From Nitrosopumilaceae archaeon (lineage in GTDB: Archaea; Thermoproteota; Nitrososphaeria; Nitrososphaerales; Nitrosopumilaceae), in contig OZ242365.1 of the NCBI GenBank assembly GCA_965208905.1, forward strand, positions 1,376,001 through 1,440,000: a stretch of DNA of 64,000 bases. Direction: 5' to 3'. The position numbers were made by a program, and so were the translations under genes. Positions 52,957 to 62,679 of the stretch are shown here, in pieces; within the stretch, counting starts at the first letter, position 1; each line of letters starts with the position of its first letter. The notes beneath the pieces were generated by a model. That model was not told the origin of the DNA. It saw only the letters and a list, made by a program, of their open reading frames with translations, and ran no database searches.

Positions 52957-54255
52957 ATGAATCCAAAACATAAAACAAAATTCAAGAAGGTGAAATGGCT
53001 CTTTGGCAGGGAGATTGAGATTCCAGAAGGATGGAAATGGGAAAAACTAGAAAATAATTCTACATTAAAGGGTAGAATTGGTTGGCAAGGATTAACAACT
53101 GCCGAATACCTAAAACATGGTAAGTATTATCTCGTAACAGGAACTGATTTTAAAAACGGTTCCATTTATTGGGAAAATTGTGTTTATGTAAATAAAGACC
53201 GTTACTCTCAAGATTCTAACATTCAACTAAAGAAAAATGATGTCTTAGTTACAAAAGATGGAACGATAGGAAAAGTTGCCTTTGTTTATATTCTTTCAAA
53301 ACCTGCAACACTAAACAGCGGAGTTTTTGTCATTCGTCCAATTAACAAAACGTATTTTCCTTTATTCCTATACTATGTTTTACGCTCAGATTATTTTGAG
53401 AAGTTTCTAGATAGACTCAAAGCAGGATCAACCATTAATCATCTATATCAAAAAGATTTTGTTAATTTTAAATTTCCGATCCCATCGAGATCAGAACAAA
53501 CCCGTATTGCATCAATCCTTGGCGGAGTTGATGCATGTATAGAGGCCACACAGAAAATAATTGAAAAATATGAGAGATTAAAGAAAGGCCTAATGCAGCA
53601 TCTTTTAAGTCACGGGATTAATCATACCAAATTCAAAAAAGTGAAATGGTATTATAACAAAGAAATAAAAATTCCATATAAGTGGGAGTGGAGTGAATTG
53701 GGTAACGAAGGGAGCCTTTCTTCAGGTGCCACACCTAAACGCGATCACCCTAAATATTACAATGGTAATATTTTATGGGTTTCAAGTGGAGAATTAAATT
53801 ACAATTTAATTACAACGACTAACGAATTAATAACTGTCCTCGGTCTACAAAAAACTAATTTAAAAATTCACTCAGAAGGTACTTTTCTTTTTGCAATTAC
53901 TGGATTAGAAGCAAGAGGAACGAGAGGGCGGTGCGCAATCTTGGGAAGACCTGCCACTATTAACCAATCCTGTATGGCTTTTTATAATTCTTCATTAGAT
54001 GTTAAATTTTTATTTTACTATTTTTTAGCATTTGGAGAAAAAATTATTTTTGCAACAGCACAAGGAACAAAACAACAAAGTTTAAATTTAGAAATATCTA
54101 AGAAAATCAAAATTCCTATTCCGTCTTTCTCAGAACAACAAAAGATTGCATCAATCCTGTCAGGAGTTGATGCAATTCAAAATCTGTTTTGGCCTATAAA
54201 AATATGTGTAGGATTAGTAATGTTTTTAATACTTTTAAGAGTAGTAAAACTATGA
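52957..54255 (+). CDS. hsdS: Type I R-M specificity subunit hsdS-A (two TRDs; conserved C-terminal helix missing after the site at 54147-54174)
   Basis: IPEGW, P..SEQ.RIASIL..VD, LKKGLMQHLL; homology ends abruptly after SGVDA. Confidence 0.92.
   Translation: MNPKHKTKFKKVKWLFGREIEIPEGWKWEKLENNSTLKGRIGWQGLTTAEYLKHGKYYLVTGTDFKNGSIYWENCVYVNKDRYSQDSNIQLKKNDVLVTKDGTIGKVAFVYILSKPATLNSGVFVIRPINKTYFPLFLYYVLRSDYFEKFLDRLKAGSTINHLYQKDFVNFKFPIPSRSEQTRIASILGGVDACIEATQKIIEKYERLKKGLMQHLLSHGINHTKFKKVKWYYNKEIKIPYKWEWSELGNEGSLSSGATPKRDHPKYYNGNILWVSSGELNYNLITTTNELITVLGLQKTNLKIHSEGTFLFAITGLEARGTRGRCAILGRPATINQSCMAFYNSSLDVKFLFYYFLAFGEKIIFATAQGTKQQSLNLEISKKIKIPIPSFSEQQKIASILSGVDAIQNLFWPIKICVGLVMFLILLRVVKL
52993..53029 (+). 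repeat. Inverted repeat A (partner 56942-56978), 35/37 identical
   Basis: AAATGGCTCTTTGG(CAG/AAA)GGAGATTGAGATTCCAGAAG. Confidence 0.85.
53508..53535 (+). repeat. Putative recombination site B (partner 56460-56487, inverted)
   Basis: TGCATCAATCC-TTGGC-GGAGTTGATGCA; 34/35 identity over 53506-53540 vs 56455-56489. Confidence 0.9.
54147..54174 (+). repeat. Putative recombination site C (partner 55800-55827, inverted)
   Basis: TGCATCAATCC-TGTCA-GGAGTTGATGCA; 32/33 identity over 54142-54174 vs 55800-55832. Confidence 0.9.
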
Positions 54256-54464
54256 GTACAATCGTACAGAAAAAGACGTATGCAGTGATAATTGCAAAAG
54301 ATCTTGAAGAAGGAGGATTTGTCGGTACGTGTGATGAACTGCATGCAGTTTCAGAAGGAGATACATTTGGGGAGATCGTAGAAAATATGAAAGAAGCAAT
54401 GGAGTTAGCGGCCGAAGAATCTGGAAATCCAACTAACTTCAATATGTTAGTAGTAGAATGCTAA
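54252..54464 (+). CDS. hicB: HicB-family antitoxin (short form)
   Basis: YAVIIAKDLEEGGFVGTCDELHAVSEGDTFGEIVENMKEAMEL. Confidence 0.85.
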   Translation: MSTIVQKKTYAVIIAKDLEEGGFVGTCDELHAVSEGDTFGEIVENMKEAMELAAEESGNPTNFNMLVVEC

Positions 54465-54700
54465 TGTCAAAGTTTCCAAGTGTGTCAGGTAATCAAATGA
54501 CAAAATATCTTCAAAGTAAGGGGTTCGCCATAACAAAGAGAAGAGGAAGTCATGTAACATTAAGATACAAAAATATTTTTACAGTTATACCTTTGGGTAG
54601 TAAAAGGCTGAAGATCAGAACTCAGTTTTCCATACTACTGTATGCTGGTATTAGTAAAGAAGAATTTGTTAATGACTATGACAGTGGGCTGGTAGCATAA
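54458..54700 (+). CDS. hicA: HicA-family mRNA interferase toxin
   Basis: LQSKGFAITKRRGSHV...VIP...ILLYAGISKEEF. Confidence 0.88.
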   Translation: MLMSKFPSVSGNQMTKYLQSKGFAITKRRGSHVTLRYKNIFTVIPLGSKRLKIRTQFSILLYAGISKEEFVNDYDSGLVA

Positions 54701-54757
54701 AGTAGCTGATAACTCTCACTTGCAAGTAGAAATAGAAACTTTTCGATTAATCTATAC

Positions 54758-55678
54758 ATGTCCAAACACACAAATCAAAGAAGTATGATGCTGTTTGAAG
54801 AATCAATAAAATCAAAATACACCAAGCAGAATTACATATCACATCTAAACCAATTCAAAAAGTTTAGCGGTATATCTAATGTAGATCATTGGCTGAATAT
54901 TCCATCAAATGAACTACAAACTGTACTAGAAGATTATGTCATATACTTAAAGCATACTACGAGCCCAAACTCTATCCCATCAAAGCTTAGGGGCATAAGA
55001 CATTTTTTTGTGATGAACCGAATTAAGCTTGACTGGGACATAATTTGTAAGATGTTCCCTCCTAAACAAAAAACTTCTACTTTGAGAGCATACACCACAG
55101 GAGAGGTACAAAAGATGCTTTTGCATACCAAGAACTCAAGAGATAAAGCTCTAATTCACTTCCTGGCATCAACCGGAGCAAGAATCGGAGTGTTTGATCA
55201 CCCGTTGTTAATAAAACATAGACAAAAAATGCCATCAAATTGCACTGCGTTTCTGTTTTATGCAGGAACTGTTGAAGAATATTGGTCATTTCTCACACCG
55301 CAGGCAACTAAGATACTTGATGTCTATCACAACATACGTAAACGCGACGGTGAAACTTTTAAGCCAGACACTCCCATATTTGTAACATCAAAACATAATT
55401 CAACTCAGCTTAGTTGGAGTGGTGCACGCTCTGTAATATATAGAAATATTTCTAAAACCACAATAAGACTCAAGCATGGTAATCGTTTTAACGTTCAAGC
55501 AGACCATGGATTTAGAAAAAGATTTAACACCATACTTAAGATGGATAATTCTGTAAACCATAATATAGCAGAAAAATTAATGGGGCATAAAAATGGTCTA
55601 GATGGGGTATATTTTACTCCGTCGCTGGAAGAATTATTTACAGAATTTAAAAAGGTTATAAATCGATTGCAGATCTAA
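54758..55678 (+). CDS. Tyrosine recombinase (probable hsdS invertase)
   Basis: Catalytic residues present: STGAR, HGFRKR, LMGH, VYF. Confidence 0.92.
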   Translation: MSKHTNQRSMMLFEESIKSKYTKQNYISHLNQFKKFSGISNVDHWLNIPSNELQTVLEDYVIYLKHTTSPNSIPSKLRGIRHFFVMNRIKLDWDIICKMFPPKQKTSTLRAYTTGEVQKMLLHTKNSRDKALIHFLASTGARIGVFDHPLLIKHRQKMPSNCTAFLFYAGTVEEYWSFLTPQATKILDVYHNIRKRDGETFKPDTPIFVTSKHNSTQLSWSGARSVIYRNISKTTIRLKHGNRFNVQADHGFRKRFNTILKMDNSVNHNIAEKLMGHKNGLDGVYFTPSLEELFTEFKKVINRLQI

Positions 55679-55700
55679 CTGTGTCGATGAAAATGTGTAA

Positions 55701-57014
55701 TTATATTTTTACTCTAATTTTTCCAGTGAGGAGCTTCTGCATCAATCCTTTCTTTAGACGTTCTAATTTTTTCTTATATTCCTGATTCTTCTGAATGTAT
55801 GCATCAACTCCTGACAGAATTGATGCAATCTTGGTTTGTTCATCTATTTCAGGTATAGGAATTATAAAATTTCTTAGATCTTTTTGTGTGAATAAAGGAA
55901 CTGTAGTACCAGATGTAAATGCTTTACAATATGTTTGAAATGGTTTTGATTTGAAGAACCAATAGAGGAATTCTGGTTTTAACGATTTATCATGCACTCG
56001 AACTGTAACAACATGTGAATTGACTGTAGTTGGTTCTGGAAGTTTTTTTACAAATCCAATTCTTCCAATGTCTCCATCTTTTGCAACTAATACATCTCCA
56101 TTTTGCAATTGAATTTCTGGAGATTCAGAATATCTAAATTGACTCAATCGTTTAATACCTTGTGTAAAATTAATTCCATATAGGATATCTACTAAACTCC
56201 AAACAGATAGCATCAAGAAACCTGATTCAACGTATTCGTCAGAGCGAAGATTTTTCCATCCAATTCTCCCGTGTACTGTGGCAAATATATTCAATCTAGA
56301 TAACTGCCAATCTACAGGAATTTTATAATCTATAAAATGCCTTCCGAAAGTTATCTTTTTGAACTTTATGTGACCAATACCTCTAGTCAGAAGCTGTTGC
56401 ATCAAACCCCTCTTCAGACGTTCTGTTTTCTCTATTACCTTCTGCGTGGATTCAATACATGCGTCAACTCCGCCAAGGATTGATGCAATCTGAACTTGTT
56501 CTGGAAGTGGAGGTATAGGCATAAGTGAATTAGAAACAACGGTACTTGTAATCGCAGGATACGCCATTCCTTCCATTTGTCTAAAATAATTTTCATGAAA
56601 ATAATGACTCTGACAATAATTAAAAAGAAAATGTGGATGACAAGCAGATTTGGATCTTAGAACTGCAAATCCCGTAGAACAAACTATATTTGATTTATCT
56701 ATACTTATTAAAGAAAATGCTTTCAGATATGGGCGCACCAATGATATGATGACATCATCTACTCTTACAATCCTCTGAGCTCTACTAGGACGTTCATATA
56801 ACTGAAATTTTTCTAATTTTGTTGTTTGAAAATTCTTGATGGCTGAGATATCAATATAATCAATTTCATCAAATCTGTAGTCGTTTTGAATCTGTTCAGG
56901 ATTGATTTTTGCAATATCCTGTATGCACAACAGTCTCCACTCTTCTGGAATCTCAATCTCCTTTCCAAAGAGCCATTTTACTTTTTTAAAACTATTGTTC
57001 AGTTTTGTATTCAT
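55701..57014 (-). CDS. hsdS: Type I R-M specificity subunit hsdS-B (complete)
   Basis: Two TRDs, both conserved helices, ends LKKGLMQKLLTGKIRVKI; start MNTKL. Confidence 0.95.
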   Translation of the reverse strand: MNTKLNNSFKKVKWLFGKEIEIPEEWRLLCIQDIAKINPEQIQNDYRFDEIDYIDISAIKNFQTTKLEKFQLYERPSRAQRIVRVDDVIISLVRPYLKAFSLISIDKSNIVCSTGFAVLRSKSACHPHFLFNYCQSHYFHENYFRQMEGMAYPAITSTVVSNSLMPIPPLPEQVQIASILGGVDACIESTQKVIEKTERLKRGLMQQLLTRGIGHIKFKKITFGRHFIDYKIPVDWQLSRLNIFATVHGRIGWKNLRSDEYVESGFLMLSVWSLVDILYGINFTQGIKRLSQFRYSESPEIQLQNGDVLVAKDGDIGRIGFVKKLPEPTTVNSHVVTVRVHDKSLKPEFLYWFFKSKPFQTYCKAFTSGTTVPLFTQKDLRNFIIPIPEIDEQTKIASILSGVDAYIQKNQEYKKKLERLKKGLMQKLLTGKIRVKI

Positions 57015-57034
57015 ATGGCCCCCACTACTACAAT

Positions 57035-58558
57035 CTAAACTTTGAACCCCAGTTCCTTCATGTCTTGTATGACCTTGCATTCTAATTCTTTGCGTTCATC
57101 ATTTAACTGATTGAGATCATTTAGAGTCTCCTGAATGTCAATCTCCTCCTCTGGTTCTGATATGTCCACGTATCTTGGGACGTTGAGATTGTACTCGTTC
57201 TCCTTTAATTCTTCAATACCTGCAACATGACAATATCTGTCAACATCTCGAAAGTTACAAAAATGTTTTGCAATCTTGTTAATGTCTTCTTCTCTGAGAT
57301 TGTTCCTATTCTTACCCTCTAGGTATTCTTTTGCCCCATAAATGAAGATTATTTTGTTTTTTCTCTTTGTTGGTTTTTTCTTGTTTAGAACCAAAATGCA
57401 TGCAGGTATGCCGGTACCAAAAAATAGTTTTTCAGGTAGTGCAATGACTCCCTCTATGACATCTTCGTTTATCATGCCTTCCCGTATGTTTTTTTCTGCT
57501 CCTCCACGAAACAAAACCCCCTGCGAGCAGATTATGGCAGCCTGTCCAGTATTATTTAGTTGTGCAAACATATGTTGTATGAATGCAAAGTCTGCTTTGC
57601 CCTTTGCAGGGGGAACTCCAAAACGAAATCTATTGTATGGATCATTTTCTGCGCCCTTGTCATTCCAGTCCATCGAGAACGGAAAATTGGCAAGCACCCT
57701 ATCATATGTCTTGAGAGTGCCCCCCTCTACATGTTGTGGTTTTGCCAACACATCGCCATACTCTATTGTAAAGTTAGGTATTCCATGTAGTACCATGTTC
57801 ATCTTACACATTGCCAAGTTTCCATAGTTGGATTCCTGTCCATCCAGTACCAGATTTCTCGGATCACTGTTTTGTCCCTCTACATGTTTGCGGGACATTA
57901 TCAACATGCCGCCGGATCCGCATGTAGGGTCACATATGCGCATTCCTTCTTTTGGATCTATTATGTTCACTAGTAGATTGACTACCTCCCGCGGCGTAAA
58001 GAATTCGCCACCCTTCTTTTTTGTAGCATCTGCAAACTGCTCGAGTAGATACTCGTATGCGTCACCAAATATGTCCTCTTTTTCAAGATCTGAGTTTCTA
58101 AGTCTGGGTTCGTTAAAATGAGATATGAGATTTGCAAGCTGATCATCAGGATACTTTCTGGGATCCGAATACTTTGTATTTGTCAGAACTCCCTCAAGTC
58201 TTGGATTTGCCAACTCAATCTTTTTGCATAACTCGTCTATCTTCTGACCAACTTTGCGACTCACGCCCTGTAGATTATGCCATCTTGCATCGCCAGGTAC
58301 AAAAAAGTCATGGTAAAATTCCAGATTTGCATCCTCTTCTGACTTGCCTTGACTCAACAATTCTTCTACATTCTCCTCAAACCTGTCATTGAGACGCTTG
58401 AGAAACAACAAAGTCATGACAGGTTGTCTGTACTCTGATGCATCAAGGCTACCACGCAGTATGTCTGATGCCTTCCACAGATGTATCTTGAGTAAGTCTA
58501 GTGTTACATTGCTCAATATATCTGACAAATAATAGCAGGACTTAATAGAGATTCCCAT
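57035..58558 (-). CDS. hsdM: Type I R-M methyltransferase subunit (true start may be about 58511)
   Basis: LWKASDILRG, GEFFTP, DPTCGSGG, ANFPF, YNLNVPRYV. Confidence 0.95.
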   Translation of the reverse strand: MGISIKSCYYLSDILSNVTLDLLKIHLWKASDILRGSLDASEYRQPVMTLLFLKRLNDRFEENVEELLSQGKSEEDANLEFYHDFFVPGDARWHNLQGVSRKVGQKIDELCKKIELANPRLEGVLTNTKYSDPRKYPDDQLANLISHFNEPRLRNSDLEKEDIFGDAYEYLLEQFADATKKKGGEFFTPREVVNLLVNIIDPKEGMRICDPTCGSGGMLIMSRKHVEGQNSDPRNLVLDGQESNYGNLAMCKMNMVLHGIPNFTIEYGDVLAKPQHVEGGTLKTYDRVLANFPFSMDWNDKGAENDPYNRFRFGVPPAKGKADFAFIQHMFAQLNNTGQAAIICSQGVLFRGGAEKNIREGMINEDVIEGVIALPEKLFFGTGIPACILVLNKKKPTKRKNKIIFIYGAKEYLEGKNRNNLREEDINKIAKHFCNFRDVDRYCHVAGIEELKENEYNLNVPRYVDISEPEEEIDIQETLNDLNQLNDERKELECKVIQDMKELGFKV

Positions 58559-58611
58559 TTTTCACATGCTTACAATAAAAGACTTTTACAAGTCATTTCA
58601 TATATGACATC

Positions 58612-61599
58612 ATGCATTTTGATGTCGGCAGGGGGGATGAGGCAACAGAATCGGAGCTTCCGGCACTCAAACAGCTTGTTGCCATGGGATACGAATACAA
58701 GACCCAAGCAGAACTAAACAAGACACGACGGGATTTTCGTGAAGTGTTGTTATACGACAGACTGGAAAGGGCAATCAGAAGACTCAATCCAGATATTGAC
58801 GATGATGGAATTAATGATGCCATAATGCAGATAGCAGAGGACTCGTATCCACATCACCTGGACATTATAGACACAAACGAGAGGATCTGGGCCAAGTTGG
58901 TAGAACTCTCAAAATCCAGTGGACTAATTCCCATAGTGGTGACACAGATTTCTGATGGTGAGCCAGTACAGAGAATAGTCAAGGTGTTTGACTTTAAAGA
59001 TCCACAAAACAATGACTTTCTTGTGACCAATCAGTTTCATCTTGATGGATTCAAGCGCCACATACTGCCTGACATAGTTATATTTGTAAACGGAGTCCCA
59101 CTGGTAATAATAGAGTGCAAATCGCCTGCACTGCTTGATCCAATAGTAGAGGCAGTAGAAAAGAAAAACTTTAACAGATATCAGCAAAGAGGCGAGGGAT
59201 ATGAACGGCTCTTCTTTTACAACCATTGCCTTGTGGCCACATGTGGAACCTTGGCAAGAGTGGGAACTGTAGGATCTACTGCAAACCATTTTGCAAGATG
59301 GGCCAAACCACATCCCATGACAGAAGATGATGTGGAGAGCCTCTGCGGCGCAAAGCCACGCGAACAGGAGATCCTTATTGCAGGATTGTTATCCAAGAAA
59401 AATCTGCTTGATCATCTGCAAAACTTTGTACTGTTTGACATCAAGGGAAACCAGCGCGTCAAGATGATTGCAAAACACCAACAATTCCACGCAGTAACGC
59501 AATGCGTAAAAAGACTGAGTGAGGATACAAAAGACAAAGGTGGAGTAATATGGCACACACAAGGATCTGGCAAATCATTTTCCATGTTGTGGTTTGCAAC
59601 ACATCTAAAGTACAAGCTTGACAATCCACCGATTCTCATAATTACTGACAGAAAGCAACTTGACAAGCAGATCCACGAGACATTCAAAAAGTGTGGTTTT
59701 CCAAGCCCGGTCAGGGCAAAGTCCGGACTACATCTTGCCGAACTACTCAAAAACCCGCGCGGAAAGACGATAATGGCTATAATAGACAAATTTGCAACTA
59801 CGGCAGAGCCTTTTACAAAAGATAAAGTGATATGCTTGGTAGATGAAGCACATCGTTCCCAATTCAAGATAAATGCCGAACAGATGAGGGCCGCTATGCC
59901 AAATGCAGTATTTTACGCTTTTACTGGAACCCCAATCACAAAGCCCGAGAAGAACATCTACAAGGTATTTGGACCACTCATTGACAAGTACGGCTTTCAA
60001 GAGTCACAGGCAGATGGTGCAACAATCCCTATAAAATACCAGGGAAGGATGCCACAACTGCATGTAGAAGGAGGGACTACAATAGATGAGATATTTGAAA
60101 GGGTATTCTTTGATATGGATCAGGAACTAAAGGACAAACTCAAGAGGCAGTATGTTACCAAGGGTAAGATTGCCGAGGCCCCATCACGAATAAAACAGAT
60201 AGCACTAGATCTTACAAAGCACTATACAAAGCATATAGAACCCAATGGTTACAAGGCAATGCTTGTCGCACCATCAAGAGAAGCTGCAGTGACATACAAA
60301 AGAGAGCTTGACATGATAAATGCGCCGCCTTCCAAGATAATAATGACATCGTCCTTGGGAGAGAGGGGGAAGGACGATCACAGTTGGGATGACTATTATC
60401 TTTCGACAAAACAACAAGAGCACGAATCAGAGAAATTCAAGAGTCCTGATGATACTACAAAGATTCTCATCGTGGTAGACATGCTACTTGTGGGCTATGA
60501 TGTTCCCATATGCCAAGTATTATATCTGGATCACGGGATAAGGGAGCACAACCTGCTTCAGGCAATAGCCAGAGTGAACAGACCATATGACGATGCAAAG
60601 AAATACGGCCTCATAGTGGATTATTCGGGAATCACAAAAGAGCTGCAGAAAGCCTTGGAAATGTTTGAGAATCAGGATGTGGATGGTGCCTTGACTCCTA
60701 TGGATGAACTTCTTCCCATATTGAAGCAGAGGTACGTTAATGCAATAGCATTCTTTGATGGGGTTGACATGGAAAATACAGGTAAGATAATCGAGCATTT
60801 TGAGTCTGCACATACAAGAGATTCATTTGAATACACTTTCAAGACATTTGCAGCAGCACTTGATTCTGTCTTGCCTAGTAAGGAGGCAGAACCATATATT
60901 GCAGATTTTAAGGCATTAAGCAGGGCACGACAAATAATTAGAACATATTATGAAGGAATAGAATTCAGCATGCACAGCTATGCAAAAAAGATTCAACAAC
61001 TAATAGATGATCACATACACTCCCTTGGCATAAAAGAGCTCATAGAGCCAAGGACCATCACCCATGAGAACTTTCTGGCAACTATACAAGAAAAAATGCC
61101 AGAAAACAAGCGTGCCCAAGCTGCCCTCATACGTAACAAGGCAATTCAGGTAATCGAAGAACTTATGCCAAACAACCCTGCATATTATGAAAGACTGTAC
61201 GAGATGTTGCAGAGAATAATCCAGGATGAAGAGGATAGACGAAAGAAAAATGCAGATTACTTTACAAATCCAGAAGAATATGAAAAAATATACAATAAAG
61301 TACTTGCTGAAGAGGCAGAAAGAAAGAAAATTTTTGGAGATTACGAGGCTACCCAGTTCGAGTTCTCACTGTACAGCAGACTCAATCAAACGCAGAACAG
61401 ACAGGATTCCATTAATATTGTACAAAAGATATACAAAAAGATCAAACCACTTACAGGTCTAGTAGATTACAAGACAAATCCTATGGTCGAGAAAGATATA
61501 AAAAAAATAGTCTACGAGACCCTCAAGCCACACATGAATTATGAACAAATCATGAGTGTTGCAGAAGAGACGATCATGCTGGTGAGGCACAGATTATGA
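58612..61599 (+). CDS. hsdR: Type I R-M restriction subunit
   Basis: PDIVIFVNGVPLVIIECK, HTQGSGKS, DEAHRSQ, FTGTP, QAIARVNR. Confidence 0.96.
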   Translation: MHFDVGRGDEATESELPALKQLVAMGYEYKTQAELNKTRRDFREVLLYDRLERAIRRLNPDIDDDGINDAIMQIAEDSYPHHLDIIDTNERIWAKLVELSKSSGLIPIVVTQISDGEPVQRIVKVFDFKDPQNNDFLVTNQFHLDGFKRHILPDIVIFVNGVPLVIIECKSPALLDPIVEAVEKKNFNRYQQRGEGYERLFFYNHCLVATCGTLARVGTVGSTANHFARWAKPHPMTEDDVESLCGAKPREQEILIAGLLSKKNLLDHLQNFVLFDIKGNQRVKMIAKHQQFHAVTQCVKRLSEDTKDKGGVIWHTQGSGKSFSMLWFATHLKYKLDNPPILIITDRKQLDKQIHETFKKCGFPSPVRAKSGLHLAELLKNPRGKTIMAIIDKFATTAEPFTKDKVICLVDEAHRSQFKINAEQMRAAMPNAVFYAFTGTPITKPEKNIYKVFGPLIDKYGFQESQADGATIPIKYQGRMPQLHVEGGTTIDEIFERVFFDMDQELKDKLKRQYVTKGKIAEAPSRIKQIALDLTKHYTKHIEPNGYKAMLVAPSREAAVTYKRELDMINAPPSKIIMTSSLGERGKDDHSWDDYYLSTKQQEHESEKFKSPDDTTKILIVVDMLLVGYDVPICQVLYLDHGIREHNLLQAIARVNRPYDDAKKYGLIVDYSGITKELQKALEMFENQDVDGALTPMDELLPILKQRYVNAIAFFDGVDMENTGKIIEHFESAHTRDSFEYTFKTFAAALDSVLPSKEAEPYIADFKALSRARQIIRTYYEGIEFSMHSYAKKIQQLIDDHIHSLGIKELIEPRTITHENFLATIQEKMPENKRAQAALIRNKAIQVIEELMPNNPAYYERLYEMLQRIIQDEEDRRKKNADYFTNPEEYEKIYNKVLAEEAERKKIFGDYEATQFEFSLYSRLNQTQNRQDSINIVQKIYKKIKPLTGLVDYKTNPMVEKDIKKIVYETLKPHMNYEQIMSVAEETIMLVRHRL

Positions 61600-62126
61600 A
61601 AAAAAACATCCAAGTAATTACTGCCACTATTCCATACAAGATCATACGGAGTGACAGGAGAAGAACATCTGAGATACAGGTAGGGGAGAATGGCATCGAA
61701 GTCAGGGTACCCATGCACAAGAAAGACAACGAGGTCATGGATATGATACATTCCAGACAGCAATGGATCTACAAAAAATATCTAGAATTTCAAACGGAGA
61801 AAAAGGGGTTCAAGAGTAGAGTTGGCAGACCATACATTGAGCGGCGTGTAGATGAGCTTGCAGTAAAGGTAGGTGCCAAACCATCCAAACTATTCATAAG
61901 ACCACTCAAAACAAGATGGGGCAGTGCAACATCAAATGGGACAATCACCATAAACTCTAGACTTTTTAAGGCACCAAAAAGTGTAATCGATTATGTCATA
62001 ATTCACGAGTTGTGCCACCTCAAGATACCGGGGCATTCTAGAACATATTGGAGTCTTGTGGAAATGCACATACCAAACTATATGGAAAAGATAAAATGGC
62101 TGAAAAAATATGGTAGGTTTATATGA
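61596..62126 (+). CDS. M48/YgjP-like (DUF45) metal-dependent hydrolase
   Basis: KTRWGS, DYVIIHELCHL; ATGA overlap with hsdR. Confidence 0.9.
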   Translation: MKKNIQVITATIPYKIIRSDRRRTSEIQVGENGIEVRVPMHKKDNEVMDMIHSRQQWIYKKYLEFQTEKKGFKSRVGRPYIERRVDELAVKVGAKPSKLFIRPLKTRWGSATSNGTITINSRLFKAPKSVIDYVIIHELCHLKIPGHSRTYWSLVEMHIPNYMEKIKWLKKYGRFI

Positions 62127-62679
62127 TCGTGAATATCATATACACTTTGATCTAACACAAAGGTCTACAAAAACAGATCAAATGATCTAAAAAACAAAAC
62201 ATAGTATTTAGATCATTTAATATGTAAAATTGATTTATAGGTAAATCCACAAAAGAAGGATCTCAAATAAACACTTGCCCAAATTGATATTAAAGTTTAT
62301 GCGTCATAGACGTGCCTGTTGTATAAATAATTATGATCTATCTATACTATTTGTCAAATATTCTAAATGTATAGTAGAATTAGGTGAATTGTAACAGATT
62401 GTATCTGTGAAGACAGGTACGAAAAACCCGAATATTCTAAAAGAGAATTAAATATTTTTCAAAACATGGACTCCAGATATAGTCAGGTGCATAAATAACC
62501 CGACACCTGTTTTACGTCGGTAGGATTTTGTCCAAATTTCTGAATAGAATTTTGCGCACCTTAAATCTTATTTCAAGTGATTCGTATATTCGCATGATTT
62601 TTCTTCAGAAATACCTTTTGGCCGGTTGCTTGAAAATTTGTCGTATCTTCGCTTTACCATTACCATTTGGCCGGGTTCA

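Noticed and set aside
52993-53029. Repeat A as a third recombination site
   Set aside because: It lacks the TGCATCAA dyad and is explained by the conserved HsdS N-terminus; it is not needed for the four-state model, though not excluded
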